A stretch of DNA of 64,000 bases, taken from an uncultured Gammaproteobacteria bacterium (GTDB lineage: Bacteria > Pseudomonadota > Gammaproteobacteria > JAURND01). The stretch's first letter is position 1. Every line of letters starts with the position of its first letter. The DNA lies in assembly GCA_963714975.1 (NCBI GenBank), contig CAVQQD010000002.1, positions 704,001 through 768,000 on the forward strand, given 5' to 3'. Positions 8,759 to 17,937 of this stretch are shown piece by piece. The position numbers were made by a program, and so were the translations under genes. Under the pieces are notes generated by a model. That model ran no database searches. It was not told the origin of the DNA and saw only the letters and a list, made by a program, of their open reading frames with translations.

Positions 8759-10015
8759 ATGGATGAGAACTTTATCAATTGTGAACGCATTGTTCCTTCT
8801 ATCCAAGCTTTGAAGATTGTCATGACGGAATTAAATCATCTGGGTTTAGATTTGGAGTATAAATGTGCGGGAAATACTCTGCAAACATATCATTGCAAAT
8901 TGATTGATCCAGTGAATAATTGGATTTTTTATGGTTGTGGTAAGGGTATCGGCATCCAATCGAAGGTCAGTGCTACATTTGAGGCTCTGGAACATTATTA
9001 TTGTTATAAACTTGCTACCAATAATAAACATGATTCTTTAAAATTTATGAGTTATGCAGAGGTGTTGGGTAAAGAGTCAAATCTACCGGTATCAAATTTT
9101 TTACCTAAACGCATGATCGCAGAGGAATTTAGCAACATCACTCTGCCTTGGGTTGAATTTGTAACTTTTCAAAATAACAACGAATTTTATTATCCGTTAT
9201 TCTTAATCGAGCCCCACTATCTTAAATTTGGCGATAAATTTAATGAAGATTATTATGATTACCAGGATTTATGCTCATTAGCCTGTGACTCGGGGACAGC
9301 TTCAGGTAGTTCATTTATTGAGGCAGCGCTGCATGGACTAAATGAATGTGTTGAGCGTGATGCAACTTCAATTTTTTTAGTAGAAGCTTTCCTTAAACAA
9401 AACCCTATTCATTTAATTGATAAACTAACTTTACCTGAGAACTTGCTTCAATATGTCAAATTAATTGAGGAAGAATTTGATGATGAATTGGCAGTTGTAG
9501 ATATTACCTCTGATAGCGGTATCCCAACCTTTTGTGTAGCGTTTACTAGACAAAATGTATTGATACAACCCAAGGGATTTGGTACTTCATTAAATAAAAA
9601 TTATGCCTTGGAGCGAGCACTATTAGAATCATTACAGCCTTTGCACTTACGTAATGCAAATTTAGTGCAAATGGAAAAAATTATTTTACAAAATTTTGTG
9701 TCATATCCTAAATTACAGGCTGCAGCTATTGCAGATATAGCACAGATGGTTACGGATAAGAATTTTATTACCACTTCTTTTCAAAAATTAGCGGATCCTA
9801 TCCAAAATTATTCAGACATTTCCAGTCAATTAGTAGAAATTATCCGTAGAATAAACGCGATTGGATTAACCCCACATTACATGTATTTAACTGCAGCAGA
9901 AAATGAAGTGACTTGCTTAAAACTTATAGTTCCTGGGATGGATAACTTCTTTTTAGTTAGCGATGGAAAGTTAGTGTTGCCTGGTAAACGTAGTCTTAAA
10001 GAGAAGGATTTTTAG
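8759..10015 (+). CDS. YcaO-family protein (stand-alone, intact motifs)
   Basis: GCGKG..SATFEALEHY, SGTASGSSFIEAALHGLNECVERDA, DITSDSGIPTF, ALERALLE, IVPGMD. Confidence 0.92.
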   Translation: MDENFINCERIVPSIQALKIVMTELNHLGLDLEYKCAGNTLQTYHCKLIDPVNNWIFYGCGKGIGIQSKVSATFEALEHYYCYKLATNNKHDSLKFMSYAEVLGKESNLPVSNFLPKRMIAEEFSNITLPWVEFVTFQNNNEFYYPLFLIEPHYLKFGDKFNEDYYDYQDLCSLACDSGTASGSSFIEAALHGLNECVERDATSIFLVEAFLKQNPIHLIDKLTLPENLLQYVKLIEEEFDDELAVVDITSDSGIPTFCVAFTRQNVLIQPKGFGTSLNKNYALERALLESLQPLHLRNANLVQMEKIILQNFVSYPKLQAAAIADIAQMVTDKNFITTSFQKLADPIQNYSDISSQLVEIIRRINAIGLTPHYMYLTAAENEVTCLKLIVPGMDNFFLVSDGKLVLPGKRSLKEKDF

Positions 10016-10032
10016 GATGTTGAGTGAATTTG

Positions 10033-10098
10033 TGACTCAACAACCGATCTAATCAGCAAACACCTCATCTAAGGTTTTAGCATCAAAAATACGATCAG
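10033..10098 (+). repeat. 66-bp direct repeat, copy 1 (copy 2 at 11724-11789)
   Basis: tgactcaacaaccgat(c/t)taatcagcaaacacctcatctaaggttttagcatc..acgatcag at both sites. Confidence 0.9.
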
Positions 10099-10261
10099 CC
10101 CATAATAGGAGCGTATCGGCATCAGCTTGCATAACCTGGGTTAGGTAAGTGGAGGGTATCGAGTGAAAGCGACGCTGCAGCAGGCGAATTAATATAGTAG
10201 ATTCACCTTGTTGAATCCCCTCTTGTCTGCCAATACGTTGTGGGGTAGTAATATAATTCAT
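10049..10261 (-). CDS. Putative RpnS-like 70-aa protein from an internal start
   Basis: GAGGAGG-aaaaacgt-ATG internal RBS; frame intact to the Rpn stop. Confidence 0.55.
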   Translation of the reverse strand: MNYITTPQRIGRQEGIQQGESTILIRLLQRRFHSIPSTYLTQVMQADADTLLLWADRIFDAKTLDEVFAD

Positions 10262-10704
10262 ACGTTTTTCCTCCTCAATATGTTTTATGGCCTGATTGTA
10301 TATTGGCTCGAGTTCTTTGGGAAGGGTAATCAGCCAATCAAGCAAAGTAAATAACCGAATAATATCTTGTTTACTATAGCCTTTCTCATATAATTGGCGT
10401 GTAAGAGCCGTCTTAGCTTTTAGGCGTGCTTTACTATCTTGCTGAGTTTCTAATACAGTTAATTGCCCTAGCAGCACTATGGCAAAGCGATTGTTGGCAG
10501 CTTCAAGTTCTTGCCGACGGGTTTGATATGAACTCTTTATCCAAGGATTCGTAGTCTTTAAGACCAATCAATTTGTGTTGCAATATGGGGAAAACAAAAC
10601 TCCATAAAATCGCGAAAATAAAGGCCCAAGCTTTGTTTCCAGGGACTGTCATAATCGGGGCGAGTATCTTGTTTTTCAATAGGTGTAATTGTCTCGGTAT
10701 TCAT
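10049..10704 (-). pseudogene. Rpn-family (PD-(D/E)XK, putative transposase/nuclease) gene, broken, with large internal deletion
   Basis: N-terminus from 10704 reads MNTE..PDYDSPWK..YFRDF..FPHI..IDWS then stops; C-terminal part LDWLITLP..EEEKRM..GRQEGIQQGE..LDEVF lies in another frame. Confidence 0.8.
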
Positions 10705-10906
10705 CCGTTCATCTTAGAAAAAAATGAGGCTTTCGCAATACCGTAGTGGTGCCCACTTACACCCTAATGCAACACCGTTCTTGCATTTATTATATCTCGT
10801 TGAATAATAAGGAACCTCAGGTGGTGACACCTGAGGCGCGCGGTACGGATGTTACAAGCATCCGCGACCGAACTTCCACATGACAACTCAGTCAGGAGTT
10901 AGCCAT

Positions 10907-11743
10907 ATGACGTTTTTGATTTTAGCCTATCGTTGGTTGTTTCCAAACTGCTTTTTACATTTTGCCCCTGGTTGTCGTTTTCACCTTACCTTTTTGCAAT
11001 TGCGTAATGCAGCGATTAGTAATTTGTTAACGCGCAAGGATCCTTATTGGAAAGAGCTTCCGCTGCACTTATCTGCACGATTGGCATTAGTCCGCAGAAT
11101 GGACAAATTAAAAGCGAGCCTCCAGGAAGATAAAAAAGTAGTAAGATCTTTATACCCTTTGGTGTCATACATTACTGATTTTTCTGGAATTACTAATTTT
11201 TTGCCTAAAGAAGGCAAGTTAACAAAAAACGTTTTGGATGCGGATAGCCGGGCATTAGAGCGAACAGTAACATTGTATGAACGATTTTGCTCATCTACCT
11301 CTGAAGTCAAAGAGGCAAAGGACACAGATCATAACCCCACTCTCGAAATTAAAGGCACAAAGCCTCGAGACCTTGAGCTCGTCACAGATAATTCCGGCTC
11401 TTGTTGCAATATTAAGAAGATATTAAATTTTACTGCGCAAGGCATTGTTACATTACATGTATCCTCAGCTGTGACAATTGCTGTAACGGAATTAGGAAGC
11501 GTGGTAAAGGAATCCATTGGTAGAGGTTTTTTTGCCACAGTTACTAAATTCAATGACTTAATGTTGCAATCGAACTTTACTAAGGGAATAAGCGGGGCTT
11601 ATTTTGGATTAGCAGTTATATTATTTTTACTATGGCTTGCAAATAACTATCGTAAGAATAATTATATTCAAAAGGCACAGCATAACGACTACGAACAAAG
11701 ACTGCCTACAGCTAATTCTGCTATGACTCAACAACCGATTTAA
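10907..11743 (+). CDS. Hypothetical membrane protein (effector-like)
   Basis: Long ORF; AGGAG RBS 8 nt before ATG at 10907; C-terminal hydrophobic segment; no recognised family. Confidence 0.6.
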   Translation: MTFLILAYRWLFPNCFLHFAPGCRFHLTFLQLRNAAISNLLTRKDPYWKELPLHLSARLALVRRMDKLKASLQEDKKVVRSLYPLVSYITDFSGITNFLPKEGKLTKNVLDADSRALERTVTLYERFCSSTSEVKEAKDTDHNPTLEIKGTKPRDLELVTDNSGSCCNIKKILNFTAQGIVTLHVSSAVTIAVTELGSVVKESIGRGFFATVTKFNDLMLQSNFTKGISGAYFGLAVILFLLWLANNYRKNNYIQKAQHNDYEQRLPTANSAMTQQPI

Positions 11744-11789
11744 TCAGCAAACACCTCATCTAAGGTTTTAGCATCCAGAAAACGATCAG
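11724..11789 (+). repeat. 66-bp direct repeat, copy 2 (Rpn 3' end remnant)
   Basis: Near-identical to 10033-10098. Confidence 0.9.
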
Positions 11790-11879
11790 TCTGTACTAAA
11801 GCCTTTCAATGCGGTCTTGCATTTGCTATAAACTTGTTAAATAATGTGTTCCAAAATGCTGAAAGCTATCTTCAAACAT

Positions 11880-11954
11880 CCTCATCCGGCCTGCGGCCAC
11901 CTTCTCCCTAATCCCCTTCCCCTTTTTAAAGGGGAAGGGGATTAGGGAGAAGGG
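11880..11954. repeat. Palindromic repeat, CCCTCATCCGGCC family
   Basis: ctcatccggcctgcggccaccttctccctaatccccttcccc..ggggaaggggattagggagaagg. Confidence 0.8.
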
Positions 11955-11975
11955 ATATTAAGAGAGATAATTCTG

Positions 11976-13403
11976 ATGCGTGTTGCAAGTATTATTGCTA
12001 ATAATTATGTCACTGCTCAGCAGCAAATAGCTGAAGCGGTCCCCTATGCTGACGTGATTGAATTACGTTTAGATTATTGGTCTAGTTTAGAGATTAGTGA
12101 AGTAAAAGAATTACGCGATTCCCTCACTTTACCAGTATTATTTACCTTGCGCACGAAAAGCCAAGGGGGTCATTGCACGCTTGAAGAATCGCAGCGTTTA
12201 TTGTTGCTTGAGCAATTGGCAAGTTTATTACCAGATTATATGGATTTGGAATTTGACGTTCCGGTTGAGTTTGCGCTTGCTTTGCGAGAAGAGTTTCCAC
12301 AAATTCAATTGATTCGCTCCTACCATGATTTTACTCAGACCCCAAATAATTTAGAAGCTTTGCTGCAAAAATTATATCATCCAGCCTTTCATTTCATTAA
12401 GATCGCAGTGTTTGCGCACACTATTCTCGACACGCTGCGTTTATTGCTATTTATCCAGCAAAATAGCCAAAAATATTCACTCATTGGCATTGCTATGGGC
12501 GAGTACGGCGAAGCCAGCCGCATTCTGGCACCAATATTGGGTAGTCGATTTACTTATGGCAGTATCAATACGGAGCAAGCAGCAGCGCCAGGGCAACTTA
12601 GTTTGGCAGAATTAACTAACACCTATCGGGTGCAGTTATTAAATCGGAGCACTGCTATTTATGCTTTGCTGGGGGACCCAGTAGCTTCAAGTCGCGGACC
12701 GATCTGGCATAATGCTTATTTTGCTAGTCATGATAAAAATGCAGTGTACATTCGCCTGCGTATTCCACCGGCTGATTTAGCGGCAGCAGTTGGGTATTTA
12801 CGACAATTACCCTTTTTTGGTTTTAGTCTCACCATGCCGCTAAAAGAAGATATTTGTCCGCATTTGGATCAGATCGATGAAGCGGATAAAGCCATTGGGG
12901 CGATTAATTCTATTGTAGTTACCGATGGAAAATGGCTTGGATTTAATACTGACGGTAAGGGAGCTATTGCTGCCATTGCTCAGCAGACAAGTGTCGCGAA
13001 TAAAACCGTGGTTATTTTAGGCGCGGGTGGGTCAGCAAAAGCGATTGCATTTGAGGCCGCAAAGCAAGGTGCTAAGCTTATTGTATTAAATCGCACTCCC
13101 GAGAAAGCAGAGCAATTGGCGCGATGGCTCAAAGCTAGAGGAGGTGGATTTGATCAACGCGATGGGTTATTAACAGAGGGTTATGATGTACTGATCAATA
13201 CCTTACCTCCTGCGGTCAATAATCGTGTCGAAGATTTTCCCTTACAAGCCACGCATTTTTTGCCAGGCGCAGTGGTAATGGATATTGTTTACAACCAAGG
13301 TGACACAGCCTTTCTCAAGTTAGCTAAATTAGCTGGCTGTCGCATTGTCGACGGTAATGAGATGTTTGTCCAACAGGCACTTTTACAACAGCAACGATGG
13401 TAA
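11976..13403 (+). CDS. aroE: Bifunctional type I 3-dehydroquinate dehydratase / shikimate dehydrogenase (AroDE)
   Basis: N-terminal IELRLD, SYHDF, MGEYG, APGQ; C-terminal TMPLK, NTDG, GAGGSA. Confidence 0.92.
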   Translation: MRVASIIANNYVTAQQQIAEAVPYADVIELRLDYWSSLEISEVKELRDSLTLPVLFTLRTKSQGGHCTLEESQRLLLLEQLASLLPDYMDLEFDVPVEFALALREEFPQIQLIRSYHDFTQTPNNLEALLQKLYHPAFHFIKIAVFAHTILDTLRLLLFIQQNSQKYSLIGIAMGEYGEASRILAPILGSRFTYGSINTEQAAAPGQLSLAELTNTYRVQLLNRSTAIYALLGDPVASSRGPIWHNAYFASHDKNAVYIRLRIPPADLAAAVGYLRQLPFFGFSLTMPLKEDICPHLDQIDEADKAIGAINSIVVTDGKWLGFNTDGKGAIAAIAQQTSVANKTVVILGAGGSAKAIAFEAAKQGAKLIVLNRTPEKAEQLARWLKARGGGFDQRDGLLTEGYDVLINTLPPAVNNRVEDFPLQATHFLPGAVVMDIVYNQGDTAFLKLAKLAGCRIVDGNEMFVQQALLQQQRW

Positions 13404-13465
13404 GAGGGTGACAGTACCAGGAGTTCTGAGCTAAAATTCAGGAAATTCCTTAATCAGGCCTCTTT

Positions 13466-15172
13466 ATGCAATTACCATTAGGTTATGATAATTTCAAAGC
13501 AATTATCGACAAACAACTGGATTTTGTGGATAAAAGCTTATTGATCAAAGAAATTCTTGATGACTTTGCAACACAGATCGTTGTAATCACCCGTCCGCGC
13601 CGTTTTGGCAAAACTTTAAATTTATCCATGTTGCATCACTTTTTAGCAGCAGAGGCGTATGGACAATCCACGCAGGGATTATTCGATGGCCTAAAAATTT
13701 CGGCTTTGAGCCAGGAGTATCTGCAACATCAAGGCCACTATCCCGTGATCTTTGTTACCTTTAAGGATGTTAAAGATCATGGTTTTGAAGAAGCGCTACA
13801 AAAACTAGCGATCTTAATGATGAAAGTATATGCAGAACATCGTTATTTATTAGCAAGTCCCCAATTATACGCGGCAGACAAAATATTTTATAACAATATC
13901 CTAAATCTAGAAGCCAATCAAAGCATGCTGGAAGCAGCACTAGAACGCTTAACTTTTTATCTATTTCAGCATCATGGCGTCAAACCCTGGCTGCTGATTG
14001 ATGAATACGATACGCCGATTCAATCTAGTTATTTGTATGATTATTACCGACCCATGGTAAATTGCTTACGTAATGTATTTGGCGTTGCATTAAAAACTAA
14101 TCCTTACCTGGAAAAAGCGGTGATTACCGGTATCTTGCGAGTGGCAAAAGAAAGTTTGTTTTCCGGGTTAAATAACTTAAAAGTGTACACCCTAACCAAT
14201 TCTCAATACGGGCAGTATTTTGGTTTTACTGAAGAGGAGGTCGGAAATTTATTACATAGGGCAGGATTGCAACAACAAGCTCAGGCTATTCGGGATTGGT
14301 ACAATGGCTATCAAGTAGGAACCCACACGGTTTACAATCCTTGGTCCATGGTGAATTGCATTCGCGAACAAGGCGAGTTAGCGGCTTACTGGGTCAATAC
14401 CAGTGATAACCAATTAATTAAAACCATCTTGCTTGGTTCCAGTGAAAGTTTTAGAACACAATTTGAGGATTTATTACAAAATAAAACAGTCAAAAAAATC
14501 ATCGACGAAAATATGGTATTTGATGATCTGAGAAAAAATGAAAAAGCGGCCTGGAGTTTGTTGTTTATGGCGGGCTACTTAAAGGTGATTTCTTCCGAGC
14601 GAATTGAAGCGCAATTGCATTGCCAATTAGATATTCCCAATCGCGAAGTGCGTAGTTTATATCGCGAAATTATTCGGCAATGGTTATCGAATGGTTATGG
14701 CACAGAATGGTTCGATTCCTTTTTAAATCATTTACTCACGGGTAATTTAGTCGCCTTTGAGCATGATTTAAAACATCTGGTGGAGGAAACGTTTAGCGTC
14801 CACGATGTCTCTAAAGATCCCGAAGTTTTTTATCATGGCTTTATGGTGGGTGCAACGGCGAGCCTTTACAACAATCGAAATTATGAAATTAAATCGAATC
14901 GAGAGAGTGGCTATGGTCGTTATGACTACATGATATTTTCTCATGATGAAAACAAGCCGACCATTATAATTGAACTCAAACGCGTGCCAAAAAATACTCC
15001 GAATTTAGATCAGGCATTAGAACATGCAGCACAACAAGCTTTGGAGCAAATACAATTACAAAGTTATACAACTGAAGCCAGGCAGCGAGGCAGAACTAAT
15101 ATACTAAAACTTGGTTTGGCTTTTTCGGGCAAGCAGTTTAGACTACTATCACTCTTTGAGGAACGAAAATGA
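13466..15172 (+). CDS. AAA-ATPase-like protein with C-terminal PD-(D/E)XK nuclease domain
   Basis: RPRRFGKT, LIDEYD, SNRESGYGRYD, IIIELK. Confidence 0.9.
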   Translation: MQLPLGYDNFKAIIDKQLDFVDKSLLIKEILDDFATQIVVITRPRRFGKTLNLSMLHHFLAAEAYGQSTQGLFDGLKISALSQEYLQHQGHYPVIFVTFKDVKDHGFEEALQKLAILMMKVYAEHRYLLASPQLYAADKIFYNNILNLEANQSMLEAALERLTFYLFQHHGVKPWLLIDEYDTPIQSSYLYDYYRPMVNCLRNVFGVALKTNPYLEKAVITGILRVAKESLFSGLNNLKVYTLTNSQYGQYFGFTEEEVGNLLHRAGLQQQAQAIRDWYNGYQVGTHTVYNPWSMVNCIREQGELAAYWVNTSDNQLIKTILLGSSESFRTQFEDLLQNKTVKKIIDENMVFDDLRKNEKAAWSLLFMAGYLKVISSERIEAQLHCQLDIPNREVRSLYREIIRQWLSNGYGTEWFDSFLNHLLTGNLVAFEHDLKHLVEETFSVHDVSKDPEVFYHGFMVGATASLYNNRNYEIKSNRESGYGRYDYMIFSHDENKPTIIIELKRVPKNTPNLDQALEHAAQQALEQIQLQSYTTEARQRGRTNILKLGLAFSGKQFRLLSLFEERK

Positions 15173-15996
15173 TTCTTGAGCAATCTGAATTAGGCAAAAA
15201 TGCAGCTTACGACAGTCAGTATGATCCTAGCAAACTTTTCGCATTCCCACGTAAAATAAAGCGAGAAGAAGTTGGTATTTTCGATAAATTGCCTTTTTAT
15301 GGATTTGATCTTTGGAACCATTATGAAGTTTCTTGGTTGAATGAAAAAGGCAAACCGGTGGTTGCTTTAGCCGAAATTATTTATAGTTGTGATTCGGAAA
15401 GTATTATTGAATCCAAATCGATGAAACTTTATTTTAATTCTTTTAACAACACCCACTTTAAAGATGTAAGTCAGGTACAAGCGGTTATTCAGCGGGATTT
15501 AGCAGTGCGGATTAAGGGTTCTGTTGTTACTGTGCGCATTATTCCGATTGAGCTTTTTACCGAAGATAAATTGAGTAAATTAACTGGTATTTGCCTAGAT
15601 GAATTAGATGTAGCTTGTTCGGTGTACCATACCGAGCCTAATTTTTTAGTAACGGCAAATGAATTAGTGACGGAGACAGTATATTCTCATTTGTTAAAAT
15701 CAAATTGTTTAATGACCAGTCAGCCTGATTGGTGCAGTGTACAAATCACTTATCAAGGCAAGAAAATAAATCATGCAGGATTATTGCAGTACATTGTTTC
15801 ATTTCGTAATGAAAATGAATTTCATGAACCCTGTATCGAGAAAATTTTTATGCATATTATGCAACGTTGCCAGCCGACGGACTTGACAGTATTTGGTTGG
15901 TCAACCCGCAGAGGAGGGGTGGATATTAACTCCAAACGTTCTACCCGACCCATCGATCCAAACGCAATGCCTAATAGTAGATTGTGCCGTCAATGA
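15169..15996 (+). CDS. queF: NADPH-dependent 7-cyano-7-deazaguanine reductase
   Basis: ESKSMKLYFNS, LLKSNC..T.QPDW, FHEPC, RRGGVDIN. Confidence 0.95.
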   Translation: MILEQSELGKNAAYDSQYDPSKLFAFPRKIKREEVGIFDKLPFYGFDLWNHYEVSWLNEKGKPVVALAEIIYSCDSESIIESKSMKLYFNSFNNTHFKDVSQVQAVIQRDLAVRIKGSVVTVRIIPIELFTEDKLSKLTGICLDELDVACSVYHTEPNFLVTANELVTETVYSHLLKSNCLMTSQPDWCSVQITYQGKKINHAGLLQYIVSFRNENEFHEPCIEKIFMHIMQRCQPTDLTVFGWSTRRGGVDINSKRSTRPIDPNAMPNSRLCRQ

Positions 15997-16011
15997 GCTA
16001 TCCAATTCCGG

Positions 16012-17205
16012 CTAAAATACTTTATGCGTTAAGGCATATTCAGCCAGCAAAAACATCGAGGCGTTCCAGGTTTGACCAGGCATACCATAGGGTTCGCCGG
16101 TAATCCCATGGAACCACTCATTGAATTCCCAATTATTTTTCTGATTGGCGATTGCTAGGGCGACTAAAGCATCGATAGCTTCTTCTTTATAACCCAGCAC
16201 TCCTAACGCAATCACCCAAAAGCCACCAATAAAAGGCCACGCTCCACCATTATGATAACAATATTCACGGTTTTGCTGATGACGGACCATATAAGTTCGC
16301 CACAGCGGATCGTTCGAGGTGATGGGCGTGAGTGTCGCCTTAACGGGTATCGGGACTTCAATATGCTCGCGGAGCAAAAAGCGCACTATTTGATTACGCC
16401 GTGTGTGGTCGGGTATGCCAAATAAAATGGCCAGTAAATTACCTAAAATATCTCCTTCCTCGCCAAAAAAGGAAAAGTTTACAAAACTTAAATATAAATG
16501 CTGATAAGAGAGTTTTTTGCGCAGGTAGTGCATTAATAGGCGCAAGCGCCGATATTCAGGCAAATCTCGAGTAAATGGGTGAAATAGGTGGTTAAAATGG
16601 TGCCGCGTTTCCTGGAAGTGCGGTAATTCATAGCAGCGTTTTACTTGGTACCATAAGGCATTCGAATAAAGCACAAATCCAGAGCGAGGCATGATATCAG
16701 CCCAATCGCTTGCTTCATTTTGTTGTAACAAGTAAAGACGGGGATGCTCTTGGCAACGCAGCCAACAAAGGGCCTTAGTAATTTTTTCAGAAAGCTCCGC
16801 TTGTAAATTAATTTCGGTACGGCGGGTCACAAAATCAATAGCTAACAACCACCATAAAGTGGCATCAATACAACCTATGTACCAAAAATCTCCTTCTTTT
16901 TGGGCAGGATCAACATATTTAGGAATCTGTCCATTAGCCGCTTGATGATCAGCCAGAGTACGTAAACTGGTACAAGCCCCTTTTATTAGCTCTTCGTCTT
17001 GGGAAATGACCATGCCAAAGGCAGCAATAGCAGCATCCCGTCCAAAGATACAATGGTAATGGCGCTTATCCTCTTCAGGTTTTACATGGGCAGCAGCGAT
17101 GCCGTAAGGTGTAAGATTTTGATGTAATGTTTTGCAAGCATAATAATGGCATTCTTCTAAGAAGGCTTGAAAGTCGTTTTTTCCATGGCGTATTTCCTTT
17201 TTCAT
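16012..17205 (-). CDS. (alpha/alpha)6-barrel glycoside hydrolase (GH100 invertase / amylo-alpha-1,6-glucosidase-like)
   Basis: IFGRD, DATLWW, DWAD, YHNGGAWP, EFNEWFHG, QTWNA motifs. Confidence 0.75.
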   Translation of the reverse strand: MKKEIRHGKNDFQAFLEECHYYACKTLHQNLTPYGIAAAHVKPEEDKRHYHCIFGRDAAIAAFGMVISQDEELIKGACTSLRTLADHQAANGQIPKYVDPAQKEGDFWYIGCIDATLWWLLAIDFVTRRTEINLQAELSEKITKALCWLRCQEHPRLYLLQQNEASDWADIMPRSGFVLYSNALWYQVKRCYELPHFQETRHHFNHLFHPFTRDLPEYRRLRLLMHYLRKKLSYQHLYLSFVNFSFFGEEGDILGNLLAILFGIPDHTRRNQIVRFLLREHIEVPIPVKATLTPITSNDPLWRTYMVRHQQNREYCYHNGGAWPFIGGFWVIALGVLGYKEEAIDALVALAIANQKNNWEFNEWFHGITGEPYGMPGQTWNASMFLLAEYALTHKVF

Positions 17206-17258
17206 AAGGAAATTATAGTTCCCTTCGAGACGCTTCGCTCCTCGGGACGAACGGTTAT

Positions 17259-17906
17259 CTATGGCAGTAGAGTAATATTCCCATCAATTGGGATATTAAT
17301 CTGGCTGCGGGGGGGGATTGTCTTAAAAATAGCCAATAAATCTTCTTTAGCTAAGCTTACACAGCCTACGGTAGGGCCATATTGCCCTGGTCCGACTAAT
17401 CGAGCAACATGTACAAAAATAGCGCTGCCTTTACCCTTAACCACGGGATGGTCATTGTAACCAATGACCGCAATCAGGTCATAGACATCATCATCCCGCC
17501 ACAACTTTTCATGGCTGGGAAGTTGTTGTCCATTGAAGCTAGAAATTTTAATGTGTTGATTATAATAAGTGGAGTTAACATCATCGGCCCAACCATCATC
17601 GGGTGTTAGGGCTTGCACTTTAAATCCGCGTTGACCCATTTTTTGCACTATGGCTATCTCATCATGAGTTAATTTATCCGGGCGATAAAAAATTGCTTGG
17701 ATAGGAAATTGCCCAGCGGGAGTTGCTTGATCACCTTCCTGTTTATCATTACGCACGCCGTTTTTGCCGACCGCGCAAGGATATATGTGATGCGTAGTAA
17801 TAACCTCGCACGTTCGCTGAGTCACTAGGGTAGGAGGCGCAGAAACAGGGCTTGCCTGCGCTAGTTGCAGAGAAAGTCCAATTAATAGGAGTAATAATTT
17901 ATTCAT
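17259..17906 (-). CDS. Secreted L,D-transpeptidase (YkuD-like)
   Basis: Signal peptide; KQEGD.ATPAG, GSAIFVH..PTVGCVSL. Confidence 0.85.
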   Translation of the reverse strand: MNKLLLLLIGLSLQLAQASPVSAPPTLVTQRTCEVITTHHIYPCAVGKNGVRNDKQEGDQATPAGQFPIQAIFYRPDKLTHDEIAIVQKMGQRGFKVQALTPDDGWADDVNSTYYNQHIKISSFNGQQLPSHEKLWRDDDVYDLIAVIGYNDHPVVKGKGSAIFVHVARLVGPGQYGPTVGCVSLAKEDLLAIFKTIPPRSQINIPIDGNITLLP

Positions 17907-17937
17907 CTTGACATCCTCGCTTCACTCGGGTGAGTAA

